Below are positions 40,875-54,249 of a stretch of DNA of 64,000 bases, one piece after another. The notes beneath the pieces are model-generated. The model saw only the letters and a list, made by a program, of their open reading frames with translations, ran no database searches and was not told the DNA's origin. The position numbers and the translations under genes were made by a program. The stretch is from positions 104,408,001 through 104,472,000 of the forward strand of contig OX597819.1 in assembly GCA_951406725.2 (NCBI GenBank), read 5' to 3'. The stretch is from Octopus vulgaris. Taxonomy: Eukaryota. Each line of letters begins with the position of its first letter. The first letter of the stretch is position 1.

Positions 40875-41830
40875 TGTTTTCTTTATTAATCATAAGAGTT
40901 ACAAAAAACTTTTGGGACAGTACAGGATGATATAATGTTGGATAGCATACAAGAGCGTCTATAAAGGAGAATAATAGCAATAAAGAAACAATAAATTCCA
41001 AACAGTGAAACCCCCACCACCACCACCAACCGAAGATCACCGAGGGATATTTGGAGGAGCTCCTCAGAATCACGATCACCCTGACCACTAAGGCATGTAC
41101 GGTCTCCCTTTAAGGTCCTTCAGTCTCCAAACTCATGCGCAAAGGTAAGCATTTCACTCGGACCATGCACACCACTTGCATGCAACCTTCAACAAATTTG
41201 CTGATATGCCGCACTTCTCTCTCTATCTCCAATTTCCTTTCTAAGTAAAACTTGTTGAGGACTTGGCGAAAGAGGAAGTTGCTAGTTTTCAGTCTTTTCA
41301 ATCTGGTCCACATCACAACCTCTTTTACCATAGCCACTAGACAGATAAATACAACATTCACTTCCCGAATAAAGGAAGGTGACACCACTGATACCTGGGT
41401 CCGTCTTACTATTTGAAAGCGGTTGTTCGATATAACTCCACAAATCAGCAATACTCTGACACTGGAAGAGTATGTGCAGAACCGTCTGTCGTACTGTGCG
41501 CATTTCGAGCATGTTCAGTTGAGGGCATTTTCCTGCCTCTGGAGATCATCCTGAACCCACAATGTGTTGTGGTAGCACTGTCAGACCAGGGATTACTGGA
41601 AATTATCCATGGGCCTCAACCAGAAAGTTCACCGGAAAAAGAACATTCTATAGAGTGCAAGAGTGGAACTTACACCGGTCGCATTAACCGACAGTGATCA
41701 CTAGGCAAAGTTTGACAAGACCTTGTCTCGATCTTTGAACCAGAGCAACAGCTCTGTCAAAGAGACGAGCTGTGGTAAACCGTGTTCAATGGGATAGAAT
41801 TATTGATGTTGAAGCCTTCACGCATGTATG
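40875..41830 (-). mobile_element. Tx1/L1-like ORF2 3' remnant with AATAAA and (ATC)n end
   Basis: TVLHILFQCQSIADLWSYIE, VAMVKEVVMWTRLK, FYLERKLEIEREV. Confidence 0.65.
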
Positions 41831-41854
41831 CAATTCAACAGCCACAACAAGCCC

Positions 41855-42060
41855 ACAAATTTAGGCACAAGGCCAGCAACTTCGGAGAGGGAATAAGTCG
41901 ATTACATATACCCCAGTGTTCAACTGCAGCTCATTTAATCGATCCCCAATGGATAAGACGAAAAGTCGACCTCGGCGGAATTTGAACTCAGATATAAGGA
42001 CGGACGAAATGCGGCTATTAAATTTGCCCGACGTGCTAACTATTCTGCCAGCTTGCCCCC
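41855..42060 (-). mobile_element. Meta-core SINE
   Basis: Reverse complement of head, B-box and core. Confidence 0.8.
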
Positions 42061-42078
42061 TTAAAAATAATAATAACA

Positions 42079-42366
42079 AATACACTGATGCAATACCAAG
42101 CAGTGGCTCCCATTGCTTGTGACCTTAGTTGATTGGAAGTGTTATCATGTACATATTTTGTCTTGGTGTAAAAGATAGGCGACAGCAAATATTCTGCTCA
42201 ATACCGCAGACTTACTTGTCAGTTACTTGATCATAACCTGCTGAGCATGTAGCTTAGTGGCTGACGATATGTGCATCTTTGATTACGTGCAAAAGTAGTG
42301 GCAGAGTATCATAGCCATGTGTTGAGAGGAATTCTTTGGGGTTTAAATAATCAACCCCTGGAAACA
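42079..42366 (+). mobile_element. ~557-bp element, copy 4 (5' half, opposite strand, after an AAT repeat)
   Basis: Reverse complement of 28514-28800. Confidence 0.8.
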
Positions 42367-42545
42367 AGGCCTGAAATTTGGTGGGAGTGGACTAATCGAT
42401 AAGATCGACCCCAGCGTTTCACTGGTATTCAATTTATCGATCTGAAAGGATGAAAGGCAAAGTCAACCTCGGCGGAATTTGAACTCACAACGTAGCGACG
42501 GAAAAATTACGGCTAAGCGCTTCACCCGGCGTGCTAACGATCCGC
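42364..42545 (-). mobile_element. Meta-core SINE
   Basis: gaaaggatgaaaggcaaagtcaacctcggcggaatttgaactc. Confidence 0.8.
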
Positions 42546-43102
42546 TGTAGAGTAGAAAAAATCTTTTCTCTCTTATTCTATCTCTCTTAATCTCCCTCTT
42601 GCTCTTGCTCTTTCTCTCTCGTACCCTCTCTCTCAAGCCATATTTCATACTCTTCTACTATACTCTTCATATGCATATGTGTGGATAGCTTTCACTATAT
42701 GTGTACGTGTGTATATGTGTATATGTGTATATGGGTATATGTGTGCATACTTGTATGTATTTGTGTCTCGATACACACATAGAGATAGATGAATAAATAG
42801 AGGAGTAGATGCATAAACACACTCAAGCATACATAATTATATAGGAATGTGTATGTATATGTACGTATATATACACATATGCATATATATATATATATGT
42901 ATGTGTGTGTGTATATATATACGCACGCACAACACATATATACTCTTATATTAATGTATTTGCATCTGCTTGTGTATGTGGATGTATGTGTGTAGTAGTA
43001 GTTGCAGTAATAGTAGTCGTGGTGGTAATGGTGCTGGTGGTCGTAGGAGTAGTAGTGGTGTTTGTGGTGGTAGTGGTAGTGGTGTTGTTGTTGGTGGTGG
43101 TA

Positions 43103-43172
<70 letters not shown>

Positions 43173-43238
43173 CATCATCATCATCATCATCATTATTGTT
43201 ATTATTATTACTATTATTATTATTATTATTATTATTAC

Positions 43239-43287
<49 letters not shown>

Positions 43288-43289
43288 TT

Positions 43290-44422
43290 ATGTTTGACTT
43301 TTGCTTTGCATCTGTACATGTTGGCTCCAAGTCTCACCCTGAGATCTCAAGAGACAATAAGTTAGAAGTTCATGTTGGTGATATGCCTAGGGTGCCATAT
43401 ATTTAGTTTTGTACATAGTATTGTTCCAGAGAATGTTTTAGAAACCATAAGAAAATTATGAGTTTGTTTTAAAATTTAAGATTACATAGTCAGTATTTTA
43501 CGTAGGATATTTTTACGTAGGATATGGCCAGTTGCCATGAGCACTATCTTTTGAATTTCTGCCGTTTTGGGGTTTCCTGGTATCTGAGCTAGGTAGGAAT
43601 CAGCCGCTTTTGTTATCATACCTAGGGCAATTATGACAACAGGTATTGTTTTAGTCTTTAGTCTCCACATTTTGCCAATTTCTATTTCATGATCTTTATA
43701 CTTGCGCAGTTTTTGGTAGATCTTGACAGATACGTTTATATCGATTGGGACACTCATATCAATGAAGAGGCATGATTTTTGCCTGAAGTCTTTCAATATA
43801 ATATATGACTTATTCGCCTCTCTCTTTCTGTCAGTTTGAATGGTGAAGTTCCAGAGGAGTGAGATGCAATCATTCTCAAGCACTGGAGGTGGTTTGTGTT
43901 CCCACCAGTTTTTATTATGGGGCAGGTCCAGGTTTTTGCAAATTACCCAGTGAATATATTGTGCTGCTCTATCGTGCCTATTGAGATACTATATAGGAGC
44001 AAGAAGACTACACTTGGATACAACATGATCAATGGTGTCATTTTGTTGTTGACATACACGACATGTTGGGCTACTGCCGTTCCTTAATATGTTGGCCTGG
44101 TAGTTTGTTGTAGGTAGGTATTGATCCTTGGCTGCTAAAATAAAGCCTTCTGTTTCTGATTTTAAGCCAGAAGACACAAACCATTGATGAGTTAGTGCTT
44201 TGTCAACATCGGCACTATTATCTCTCTTTAGGTATTAGCGATTAAGAAGGTTTTCTTGCCATTTATCAGTAAGAATATTTAAGGCAACAATTTTAGCACG
44301 TGTTTTCATACGCTTAGCTGTTTCTGTGCTTGTTTCTAGTACGTCTAATTCTGTAATTTGTTGTATTTGGAATTCTTTTGCCTGTTTTGTTACTGAGTAT
44401 GACGGCTTCTTGTCTTCATGTT
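43290..44422 (-). mobile_element. Dong-like family B-related copy, 5'-truncated
   Basis: Homologous to 30124-31243; ORFs 43482-43883 and 43989-44177; (TTA)n on both sides. Confidence 0.9.
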
Positions 44423-44429
44423 ATTATTG

Positions 44430-44502
<73 letters not shown>

Positions 44503-44523
44503 CATTATTATTATTATTATTTA

Positions 44524-44918
44524 AGGCGGCTAGCTGGCTGAAACGTTAGCATGCCGGGCGAAATACGTAGCCGTATTTCGTCTGCCGTACGTTCTGAGTT
44601 CAAATTCCGCCGAGTTCAACTTTGCCTTTCATCCTTTCGGGGTCGATTGAATAAGTACCAGTTAAGCACTGGGGTCGATATAATCGACTTAATGCCTATG
44701 TCTGTCCTTGTTTGTCCTCTCTGTGTTTAGCCCCTTCTGAGTAGTAAAGAAATAGGTATTTCGTCTACCGCTACGTTATGAGTTCAAATTCCGCTGAGGT
44801 CGACTTTGCTTTTCATCCTTTCGAGGTTGATGAATGAAGTACCAGTGACACACTAGGATCGTCGTGATCGGCTACTACCCTTCCCCAAATTTCAGGCCTT
44901 GTGCCTATAGTAGAAAGG

Positions 44919-44919
<1 letters not shown>
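44524..44919 (+). mobile_element. Dimeric Meta-core SINE with (ATT)n tail
   Basis: Full unit, restart at ggtatttcgtc (~44755), ends tagtagaaaggtttattatt. Confidence 0.85.
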
Positions 44920-44986
<67 letters not shown>

Positions 44987-45016
44987 CATTATTATTATTA
45001 TTATTATTATTACTAT

Positions 45017-45786
45017 TGTCTATGCACAGCTTCTAACGCTGGAGATGTACTACGGTGCTAGCTGCTGACTGCCAGTGAACTAAGATAACACCCCTTATTT
45101 TTCGAGCACCATCCGGAGTATTCGAGCGGTTCCAAGCGGTGCTGTTTTTTGCAAGTGCTTCATCCTTATTGCAGCCCCAATTTGTTCCGTATACTTCTCA
45201 AGATTCTTACTCACTGTTCCCAGGGCTCCAACAAGTATTGGTTCTACCACCATCTTCTTCAGCGACCACAATTGCTTAACCTCCCAAGCTAACCTGAGAT
45301 ATCTTTCGACTTTTCTTTCTTCCTTATCACATACCTTGTTGTCAGCTGGGCATGCTATATTTATGATCCAGCATAGTTTTCTTTCTTTATCAATTAACAC
45401 TATGTCTGGTTTCCTAATGTATATTTCTTAGTCGCACTCAATCATAAAATTCCATAGGATCTTTGCATTATCATTTTCGATCATGCCATGTTCGTACCAC
45501 GTTTTTGCTCTATCAAGTCCATACTTGTTGCAAAGTGTCCAATGAACAATCATTGTTATATTGTCATGACGTCTCTTATATTCTTTCTGGGCTAGTGGCG
45601 TACATTGAGTGGTAATATGCCATACGGTTTCACCATTTTGTCCACAGTTTCTGCAATTCTCCCTTTCTGATGTGTTGTCTATTCTGCATTTGATGTAACT
45701 CGTTCTTGCTCTCGGGCAACATAGGTTAGAGCCTCCGTGTGCGGTTTTAAATCACTTTTAGTCAACCATAGCAATTTTTCTCTGTC
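45017..45786 (-). mobile_element. Dong-like family F, 5' part lost
   Basis: CRNCGQNGETVWHITTQC, YKRRHDN, ILWNF, KPDIVLIDK, LGTARILRMVLEK*. Confidence 0.85.
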
Positions 45787-45787
45787 T

Positions 45788-46982
45788 TAAACATGCAACC
45801 GTATGGTTGCTGTTTGACAACGAGGAAAAAGCTCGCCAATTTGCGAGTCAGCCTTTAGAAAGCAACGAAATTCTGTTCCCCCGTTGTACTGCGGGAGGAA
45901 ATTAATAAGAACTTGGGTATATGGGTTACCCCCAGGCACCAAGGCGGATTGGATTGAAGATACCATCCGACGGGGACTGGGGGATAGCGGACCCAGGCTT
46001 TTAAATGTAAGGGTATTGCCGGCGGCCGGTTGGGGAGGGTCAAGAGCGATTTTGACCCTGTGGACCCCATCGGCCACAACAGATCTGGTTTTTCCAGATG
46101 TTTTTAAAATGGCTGGCTGCAGATATCCGGTGATACTTGAGGGACGTACCCCCAAGTGCCACTCGTGCCTGCAGCCAGGCCACATTAAAAAGAACTGCTC
46201 CCAGGACCATGGTAAGGTCCTGGAACAGTCACTGCATGCCACCTCCCCTACCCGGTCAAAGGGAGCGGTGGATGTGGTTAACCCAAAATGCATTAAAAAG
46301 GGAAAAGGTGGGCAACAATAGTTGCCCGCCGAAGGAACCTAAGGCTTCGGGAGGTGGGGGAGAGATTCCGGACAAAGTGGAAGAGCAACACTCTCCCGAA
46401 GTCAGGAAGAAAAGAAAAAAAAGAAAGAACGGGTCATCGCAGGGGGGATATGATGTGCCGTCTGCACGTCCCCAAGTTCTGTCACCCACGGAGGAAGAAA
46501 CGACCCCCACCCTTAAAGATGATGAATTAATTATCTTTTTCTACAAGGGCGGGGAGGTGGAAAAAAGTAGAACATAAAGAGACAGTAGATATGCCCTTCA
46601 CGCGAGATCCCGAATGGTCTCCGCAGATAGCTGTGGAGGTCATAAGGTTTCCCTTGTGGGAAAGGTTTAAAGGATTCGGGGAGGAGTGTCGCATATGGCC
46701 GGGTGGCCCTTATACGACTTACATGTCCTACATGAGTGATTCATGGAAAATGGCGGGATACAGGAACTCAAGCGGCATTGAAGATAATGATGAATATATC
46801 GATGAGTAAGAGGTGAAAAATCCTCGTTAGAGGGTTTGAAACCTCATCTTATTGTATTATTTGTAGTGGTCTGTAACCTCAATTGTGTGTTTAAAAAAAA
46901 AACATGTTATGTAAGAGGTTTTAGTGCCTCCTTTTTATAAGAGGTTTGAAACCTCATATTGATTTTTTAAAAAAAGAAAAAA
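45788..46982 (+). mobile_element. ORF1-only (HAL1-like) L1/Tx1-type element with zinc knuckle and A-rich tail
   Basis: CHSCLQPGHIKKNC (CX2CX4HX4C) after an RRM-like region; stop at 46809; no EN or RT; A-runs at 46893 and 46969. Confidence 0.65.
45884..46321 (+). pseudogene. Gag-like/ORF1 nucleic-acid-binding protein with CCHC knuckle (frameshifted)
   Basis: YPVILEGRTPKCHSCLQPGHIKKNC. Confidence 0.65.
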
Positions 46983-47110
46983 TGTTTTCGAGAAAAATCC
47001 AATCGGCGGGTGTTGAGTTTCGTCTCTCATTTATTCATTTTATTTCATTAATGTGTTTGTACAGCCCGCAAAGCTACACACTCTTTGTACTGTCTATATG
47101 ACAAATTTTA

Positions 47111-47258
47111 TGCAATAAAGTAGCTTGCTTACCAACCACATTGTACCGGGTTCAGTCCCACTGCGTGGCACCTTGGGCAAGTGTCTTCTACTATGGCCTC
47201 GGGTCGACCAAAGCCTTGTGAGTGGATCTGCTAGACGGAAACTGAGAGAAGCCCGTCG

Positions 47259-47301
<43 letters not shown>

Positions 47302-47528
47302 CTCTGTTTGTGTTTCTCTGTTTGTCCCCCCAACATCGCTTGACAACCGATGCTGGCGTGTTTACGTCCCCGTAACTTAGTGGTTCGGCAAAAAAGACCG
47401 ATAGAATAAGTACTAGGCTTACAAAGAATAAGTTCTGGGGGGTCGATTTGCTCGACTAAAGGCGGTGCTCCAGCATGGCCGCAGTCAAATGACTGAAACA
47501 AGTAAAAGAGCAAAGAGTAAAAGAGTAG
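47111..47528 (+). mobile_element. Composite CORE-like tRNA SINE with internal (TA)(TG) spacer
   Basis: B-box gggttcagtccc, ccttgggcaagt core, second part ending aaatgactgaaacaagtaaaagag repeats. Confidence 0.85.
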
Positions 47529-48293
47529 TTCGACTTAGACGGGGAGGTTGATAGAAATGGAGTGGTCAATCACGTTTATACTTATTCACGTATAATCGCC
47601 ATTATAGTCAGATTATCATCGTCTCTATACTTATCATTGTGTCATTATCAGCATCAATACGAGGACAAACATTAATATCATCATCACCCTCTTCCTTAGA
47701 AATATCGGCACTGTCAGCTTAAACTACACAATGATGGTGATGATGATGATGATGATGATAATCATTATCATCATTATCACCACCATCGTTAGGCAACCTC
47801 ACCTCCGTGATCTGTGTCAGCAGCAGCTGCAGACGTAGTCTATCATCATCACCACAACTATTACTAACATCATCATCATCATCGTCGTCGTCGTCGTCAT
47901 CGTCATTATCATCATCATCATTATTAATAACACCAGGAACAACATCATCGCCGGCATTACTAATAATAGAAACACCATCATAACCACTGCCTGCGACAAT
48001 ACAATTCCTTTCTCTAGTGACATATCTCTAGAGTTTGAAGAAAACGCTTCACGACACGCCACAGTATTTTCATAAAACATAAACAACGGCGCCACTTCAC
48101 CACTCCAACACATACGCAAACGCACATATATCTATTAGTCTGTGTATTTGTGAATGGTGTGTATGTATGCATATATAATGTATGTATGTATATATATATA
48201 TAGATATATATACATAAGTATATGTATATATATATATATATATGTGCATATATATGTAAATATATATATATGCATACACATATATATACATTA

Positions 48294-48331
<38 letters not shown>

Positions 48332-48440
48332 CTTATACGCTTAGACACATGTATGTATATATATATGTGTATAGTGTATATGTGTGTATATATATATGTG
48401 TATAGTGTATATGTGTATATATATATAGACATATATACAT

Positions 48441-48487
<47 letters not shown>

Positions 48488-49384
48488 CCATCAGAGGTTG
48501 TGTGAGTGTGCTGGCGGGTGTTAGAGAGGGTGGGTCGTAGGGAGGTAGAGAGTCGCGGTAGAAGGTTTGGAAAACGAAATGAACGGAACGAAAACACGAA
48601 AGAATGAAAGAAGACAAAGCAAGGAAAATGATGCGGACGGAGATGAGAGCATGAAAGCAAAGTGTATAAAGAAGCGAAGAAGGAATGTTAGAAAAGATTA
48701 AGAAAACTCCGTACAGACTGCGTGGATAGGAAAACAATGGGAAGCCGTTTCGGGATGATAAGGAATGACATAAAATCTTGAGATGTTGATGATGATGTTA
48801 TTGTTGTTGTTGCTGTTTTTTGTCAGTCTAAGACTAATTCCTGTTGAGGCCTTGTCGCTACAAACATGGATTATGACGGCAAGTAAATTTAATAAACATA
48901 AATAATCCCTTTGTTTAACGAAACGTAAAAATACAACGGCAACAATAACATCTACACCATCTACAACAGCCAAGCACAACAGGAATAACAATAGCAATAA
49001 TGATGATTATATTTATAACAATAACTCTAAAAATAGCAACAACAACGATAACAAAAATGATAACAGTAATAATGAAGGTGATAATAATAATGTTAATAAT
49101 TCTTTGTTTATTACTGCTACAAGGGTGACAAAAGAAGAGATATGTAAAACACGGGGAAATTATAAGAGAAATAATTAAATAAATAAAAAGAAAGTAGCAA
49201 AGCAAAATGGTGCACAGGGACAGAGTAAGGGATGGAAAATAAACGTATGGAAGAGGAATAAAATGAGACATCCCCATATGTGGCTGCCACCTAGGGACAA
49301 TCATAGGCCTCCACATATCCAGTGTTATCCTAACGGCTGAAGGCTAATATCCCATCTCTCCGATGCTTTTCGTTTTACTACAAG

Positions 49385-50105
49385 CTTGGCCAGCAGGTTA
49401 GAATAGTTAGCTTACGTTCGTAAGGCCGTGGCCTCAACTCCTTGACGGGCCGGTCTTCCATTTCACGTGGTTCCCGTCTAATGAACTGAAAATGAGTACC
49501 AGCCTGCAGCTGGTGAATTCTTCTCACCCTCCATTGGTCCCATGCTTGCTGTTTCGCTATATCAAAGAAGAGGAAGTTGAGAAGTGATGTACGTCTTCTC
49601 ATGAGTACACAGGCACCTAAAACAATTAACGAAAGGCATAGAAGATGTTACCTGGTCATACGCTCCTTTTGAGTGACGGCTAGTTGAGAATATGTTCACT
49701 CATACAAGCTATTACCATAAGTCTCAAACTTGCATCCTTGTTTTCCTTCCTACGTGGAGCCTGGAGTTGCTGAGGGCTTGGTAGAAGCAAAAGTTCCTAT
49801 CCTGAGTCCTTTCAGTCTTCACACATTTCTGATAAAAAGAAGTTCGCCAGACAATGCTCACTATGGAGTCGGTTGATGGCCGCCAGTTCGACATAAATTC
49901 ACAGATCAACAAGACTTGGACAGATCCGGATGACGGTGCAACAGTCCGTAGAGTACAGTTCGAAACAGCGATTCGTTCAAGAAACAATGAAAACTGGCCA
50001 GCTGATGTTCCATAATGCCAGAGTTTCCTAAGAACGTGGTTGCACACACATGTCCACTGCTAACTTTCTAGAAAATGGCAGAATTGTCGTACGACAGATT
50101 CCGTT
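49385..50105 (+). mobile_element. Old SINE-like head plus probable degraded RTE 3' fragment
   Basis: aaatgagtaccagc motif; LDRSG*R..TVRRVQFETA resembles an RTE C-terminus. Confidence 0.3.
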
Positions 50106-50399
50106 AATAATAATGGTGCAGATAACAACAACGACAATAATGATGATGATGATGATGCTGTGACGAGGAAGAGGATGAGTACGACGATGTTGATGATAAC
50201 ACTGTGTAACACGATTTTTGTCCTTGGGTAGCAATTGTTATTTCCTATTTGCTTACCCCCAGAAAGAATGGAAAATGGCTAATATTTTCATCAAACTTTG
50301 CTTTTGTCACGTTTATGCAAACCCCAGAGTTTGAAGGGAATAATAGTCATTTCCTTTGATTTCTCAAAGAAGCAAAGGTAGAAAATACAGAGTAATGAG

Positions 50400-50896
50400 A
50401 TTTTTTATTAGCTTTAGGGGTATAGATGAGGGGGGGGGCATCACAATGACAGTTTACAATTTGTGTGGGGGGTTACATAAAAGATGAGAGGAAAAATGGA
50501 AAACATTGTGAAATAAAACAAAAGTGCGCCTATCAAACAAAGTATGTGAAGGCATAAATGATGCAGTCCTCCTGATAAAGAAGAAAATCTAACTAGGGCC
50601 AGTCAAGAAACCCTACAGATCCAGTACTACCCTGATCACCAAAGGCACGATTTCTCGCCCAACATTTGTTCTCGAATCTAGAGGTACATGCTTAGAGTAG
50701 GCCCATTCAATCTAACTATTTTTGCTACAGTCACCCACCTTTTCACAAATTCACTGAGCGGTAGCATTTCCCTTTCCACCCTCTCCTCTCTTTCCAAGTA
50801 GAATTTAAAAGAGTCGATGAGGCTTTAACCGAAGTGGATGGATGCCACTTTCTCCGCACAACACTTTCGCCATAGCATCTAGACAGAGAAACACGA
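50400..50896 (-). mobile_element. Tx1/L1-like ORF2 extreme 3' remnant
   Basis: LIDSFKFYLE..EMLPLSEFVKRWVTVAKIVRLNGPTLSMYL*, similar to the 6878-7063 ORF; AATAAA at the end. Confidence 0.6.
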
Positions 50897-51050
50897 ATAA
50901 CCCTTTCTACTATAGGGACAATCCCTGAAACTAGGGTGAGAAAAGCGTTAGTCTATCACATCCACATCGGTGTTCAAATGGTACTTATTTAATCGATCAC
51001 GAAAGGATGAATGGCAAAGTCAGTCTCGGCGGAACTTGAACTCAGATATA
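50897..51050 (-). mobile_element. Meta-core SINE fragment
   Basis: gaaaggatgaatggcaaagtcagtctcggcggaacttgaactcag. Confidence 0.7.
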
Positions 51051-52424
51051 AACCTATATTAGAAACAATCTATTTTACAATAGAAGTGGTGTGTTTCTAT
51101 CTGTTCGTTAGTCATACGCTACTTCAGATCAAAATTATTTTCAAGTAATTTATTTTGAGAAAAGCAAAAAGCCAAAGAAAAACAACAAAAAAACAAGCAA
51201 AAAACAAACAATTGCATTTGTTCAATTTATTCAATGAATTTACTTATGCAACTTAAAAAACAATAAGGCTGATGTTTTATTTTTGGCCAAAGTTTATCTT
51301 GTCCTCTTACATAGCACCGAAAAGAAATTTCCATAAGTATTTCACTTTGAAATACAGGAAGAGACTGAGTTTTGAAAGGAAAATGATAAAGTCTAGAAGA
51401 AAAAAGAGAAAGGTAATAAAAGTAGCAACATATCTAGTAACAATTTCAGTCAGTAAAATGTATTTCACTGTAAACCTATTTATCGAATGCAGTTCCTTCT
51501 ACCTCTTCAAACTGCATATGACTGAGGTTGGTAAACAATTTTACAAAAAGCTCCTGCCAGTAAAGTAGTTAATTCTGCCGCCGTTTGTATGTCAGATGTA
51601 ATATTTTCAACTTCAATATTTGTTGATATTGCAACAATCGTGAAACTAAAAAACATATGTTATGAAAACATTCCGTATCGTATGTGAAAATAATTCACTG
51701 AAACTTAACGCTTACCAGTTTGGTTGTATATGAGGTCTTTGGGCTAAGGTATGTTACTGAAATTTTACGTTAATGTTGTGGACAAAAAAATTCTATTTAG
51801 CATTCATCGTCTGTCACATACAATACTAACATAGACACATATTTACAAATGTGAGTTTCTATGTAGTTTCTCTACCTGATACGACGAGTAGCCAACTCAC
51901 CTTTAAATTAACTGGAAAGATACAACATAATGATGAAAAGAAGATCTTGACTAGGGACGTTATTTATAAAGAAGTCACCTCACTAAAAGTAAATATATAA
52001 AGTATATATATATAGTATTTTCAGAATATGAAATAAATTATTTTAAAGATAAATGCTTTTAGGAAAACAACATTCGCTCGGAAAGATTGCTTAAAATTCT
52101 GTCAGCTCGCTGCCTTTACAAACTCTATATGATAAAATTGATTATATTTTATATTAAAGGCAGCAGTTAACCTTTTAAATGGACAAAGAATATAAATATA
52201 CTATTTTACCATCCGGCCGTCAGAAAAGTGGTAGGAAGCGAAATACTTATGCATATTGTATATTCTTGCAGTCATTATGTTTGTATGTCTGTCCTCTGTT
52301 GAGGATTTCATGCGAAGTATGACGATAATTTTCCTGAAAATGTGTGTGTGCGTGTGAGTATGTGTGCACGTGTGTGCTTGTACATGCACATATATACATA
52401 TATACATTCACATATACAAAATGT

Positions 52425-52836
52425 TTTCTTTACTTTATTCGTTTCCGTCATTGGATTGCCGAGATGCTGAACTCCCACCTTGAAGGATTTTTCATTGATC
52501 AAATCAATCCCAATATTTATTTGAGAGCTGGTATTTATTCCTTCTGTCTCTATTTATTGAAAGGGCACCACTAAATAAAGTAAGGGGACGTAAACAACCT
52601 GCACCGGTTATCAGGTACTGGGAAACAAATACGCATGAATACACCACATCGCATGCGCCTCACATAAATACGACAGTTGACAGGATTCCCTTCAGTTTCT
52701 CTCAACCAAATTCACTTACAAGACATTGGACTGACTCCGCGACGATAGCAGAAGACACTCACACACAGTGCTACGCTGTGCATACGAAACCTGTACCACA
52801 GGTTTGCTAACAAACTTCTTAACAATACAGCCATGC
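52425..52836 (-). mobile_element. Old composite CORE-like SINE
   Basis: Diverged reverse complement of 47111-47528. Confidence 0.6.
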
Positions 52837-52868
52837 TTAGAGATCTTATATACGGTATACGTAATATA

Positions 52869-52908
<40 letters not shown>

Positions 52909-53504
52909 CTATGTGTGTGTGCGTGTGTGTGTGTGTGTGCGCGCGTCTATAATTTTGTGTCTCTTTATCAGTGTTGGTTCATCTATCTATCAAAGTCTCG
53001 ATCGAACATTCAATCCAGCCATACTCACAACCAATGCTCCTTACCTACCAACCTACCTACCTACCTACCTACATACATACCTACCTACCTACATACATAC
53101 ATACATACATACATACATACATACATACATACATACATACATACATACATACATACATACATACATACATACGTACGTACGTATATACATTTATACATTC
53201 ATACTCACCTACCTACCTACCTCTCTTCCTTCCATCTTCACTAGCTTCCCACACAGTTCTCATACCTGTCCTCCACCATTCTTCTCTTAGTTTATTCATC
53301 TGTTATTTTAAATTTCAACATACCGTCGCTCCAACACCGAAAATAATGGTACAATGCCAAAACGTCAAAGAACGATAAACATTCCAGATGATTTGTTGTC
53401 AACATAATATTCTATCTACGAAGTCTTGGAAAATATAATAATGGATGGCTAGTGTGATAAAGACGTGTTTAGCAACATAAGGGGAATGGAAAGAGAGTGA
53501 ATGA

Positions 53505-53622
<118 letters not shown>

Positions 53623-54030
53623 TAGAGAGTGATGGAGAGTGATGGAGAGTAAAAATAAGAAAGTGAGAGACAGATAGCAAGTGAGTAAGAATGAAAGGGA
53701 GATGGAAAGATAGTCTACATGCATATATATATATATATGTCTGTATACATTCAACCACATGTATTATCATTAATACATATATGTTTGTATACATGTGAAT
53801 ATATGTATGTGTGTAGGTGTGTATATGTGTGGGGTGTGTGAGTGTGTGTGTATGTGTGGGTGTGTATATGTATGTACACACATACACACACCGGCGTAAG
53901 TATTGATGATTTTTGTATGTACAGTTATAACTATAAACAGTCAAACGTTAATTGAAAGATCGCACAATATATTTTAAGTAAGCTATCGACAGTGACCCCG
54001 AAGTATTATGTGTCGTTCGCTTGCTCAGAG

Positions 54031-54069
<39 letters not shown>

Positions 54070-54151
54070 ATATACCTAGACATATACGTCTTTACTTATA
54101 ACTTATAACTTCGTATGTCTCCCGTGCCATTACTCTTCTTTTTCTGTTTCA

Positions 54152-54249
<98 letters not shown>

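Noticed and set aside
42079-42130. Hammerhead, twister or HDV ribozyme at the 5' end of the 557-bp element (ctgatgca, taccaagc)
   Set aside because: Only partial motifs; the required helices and GAAA are missing by eye.
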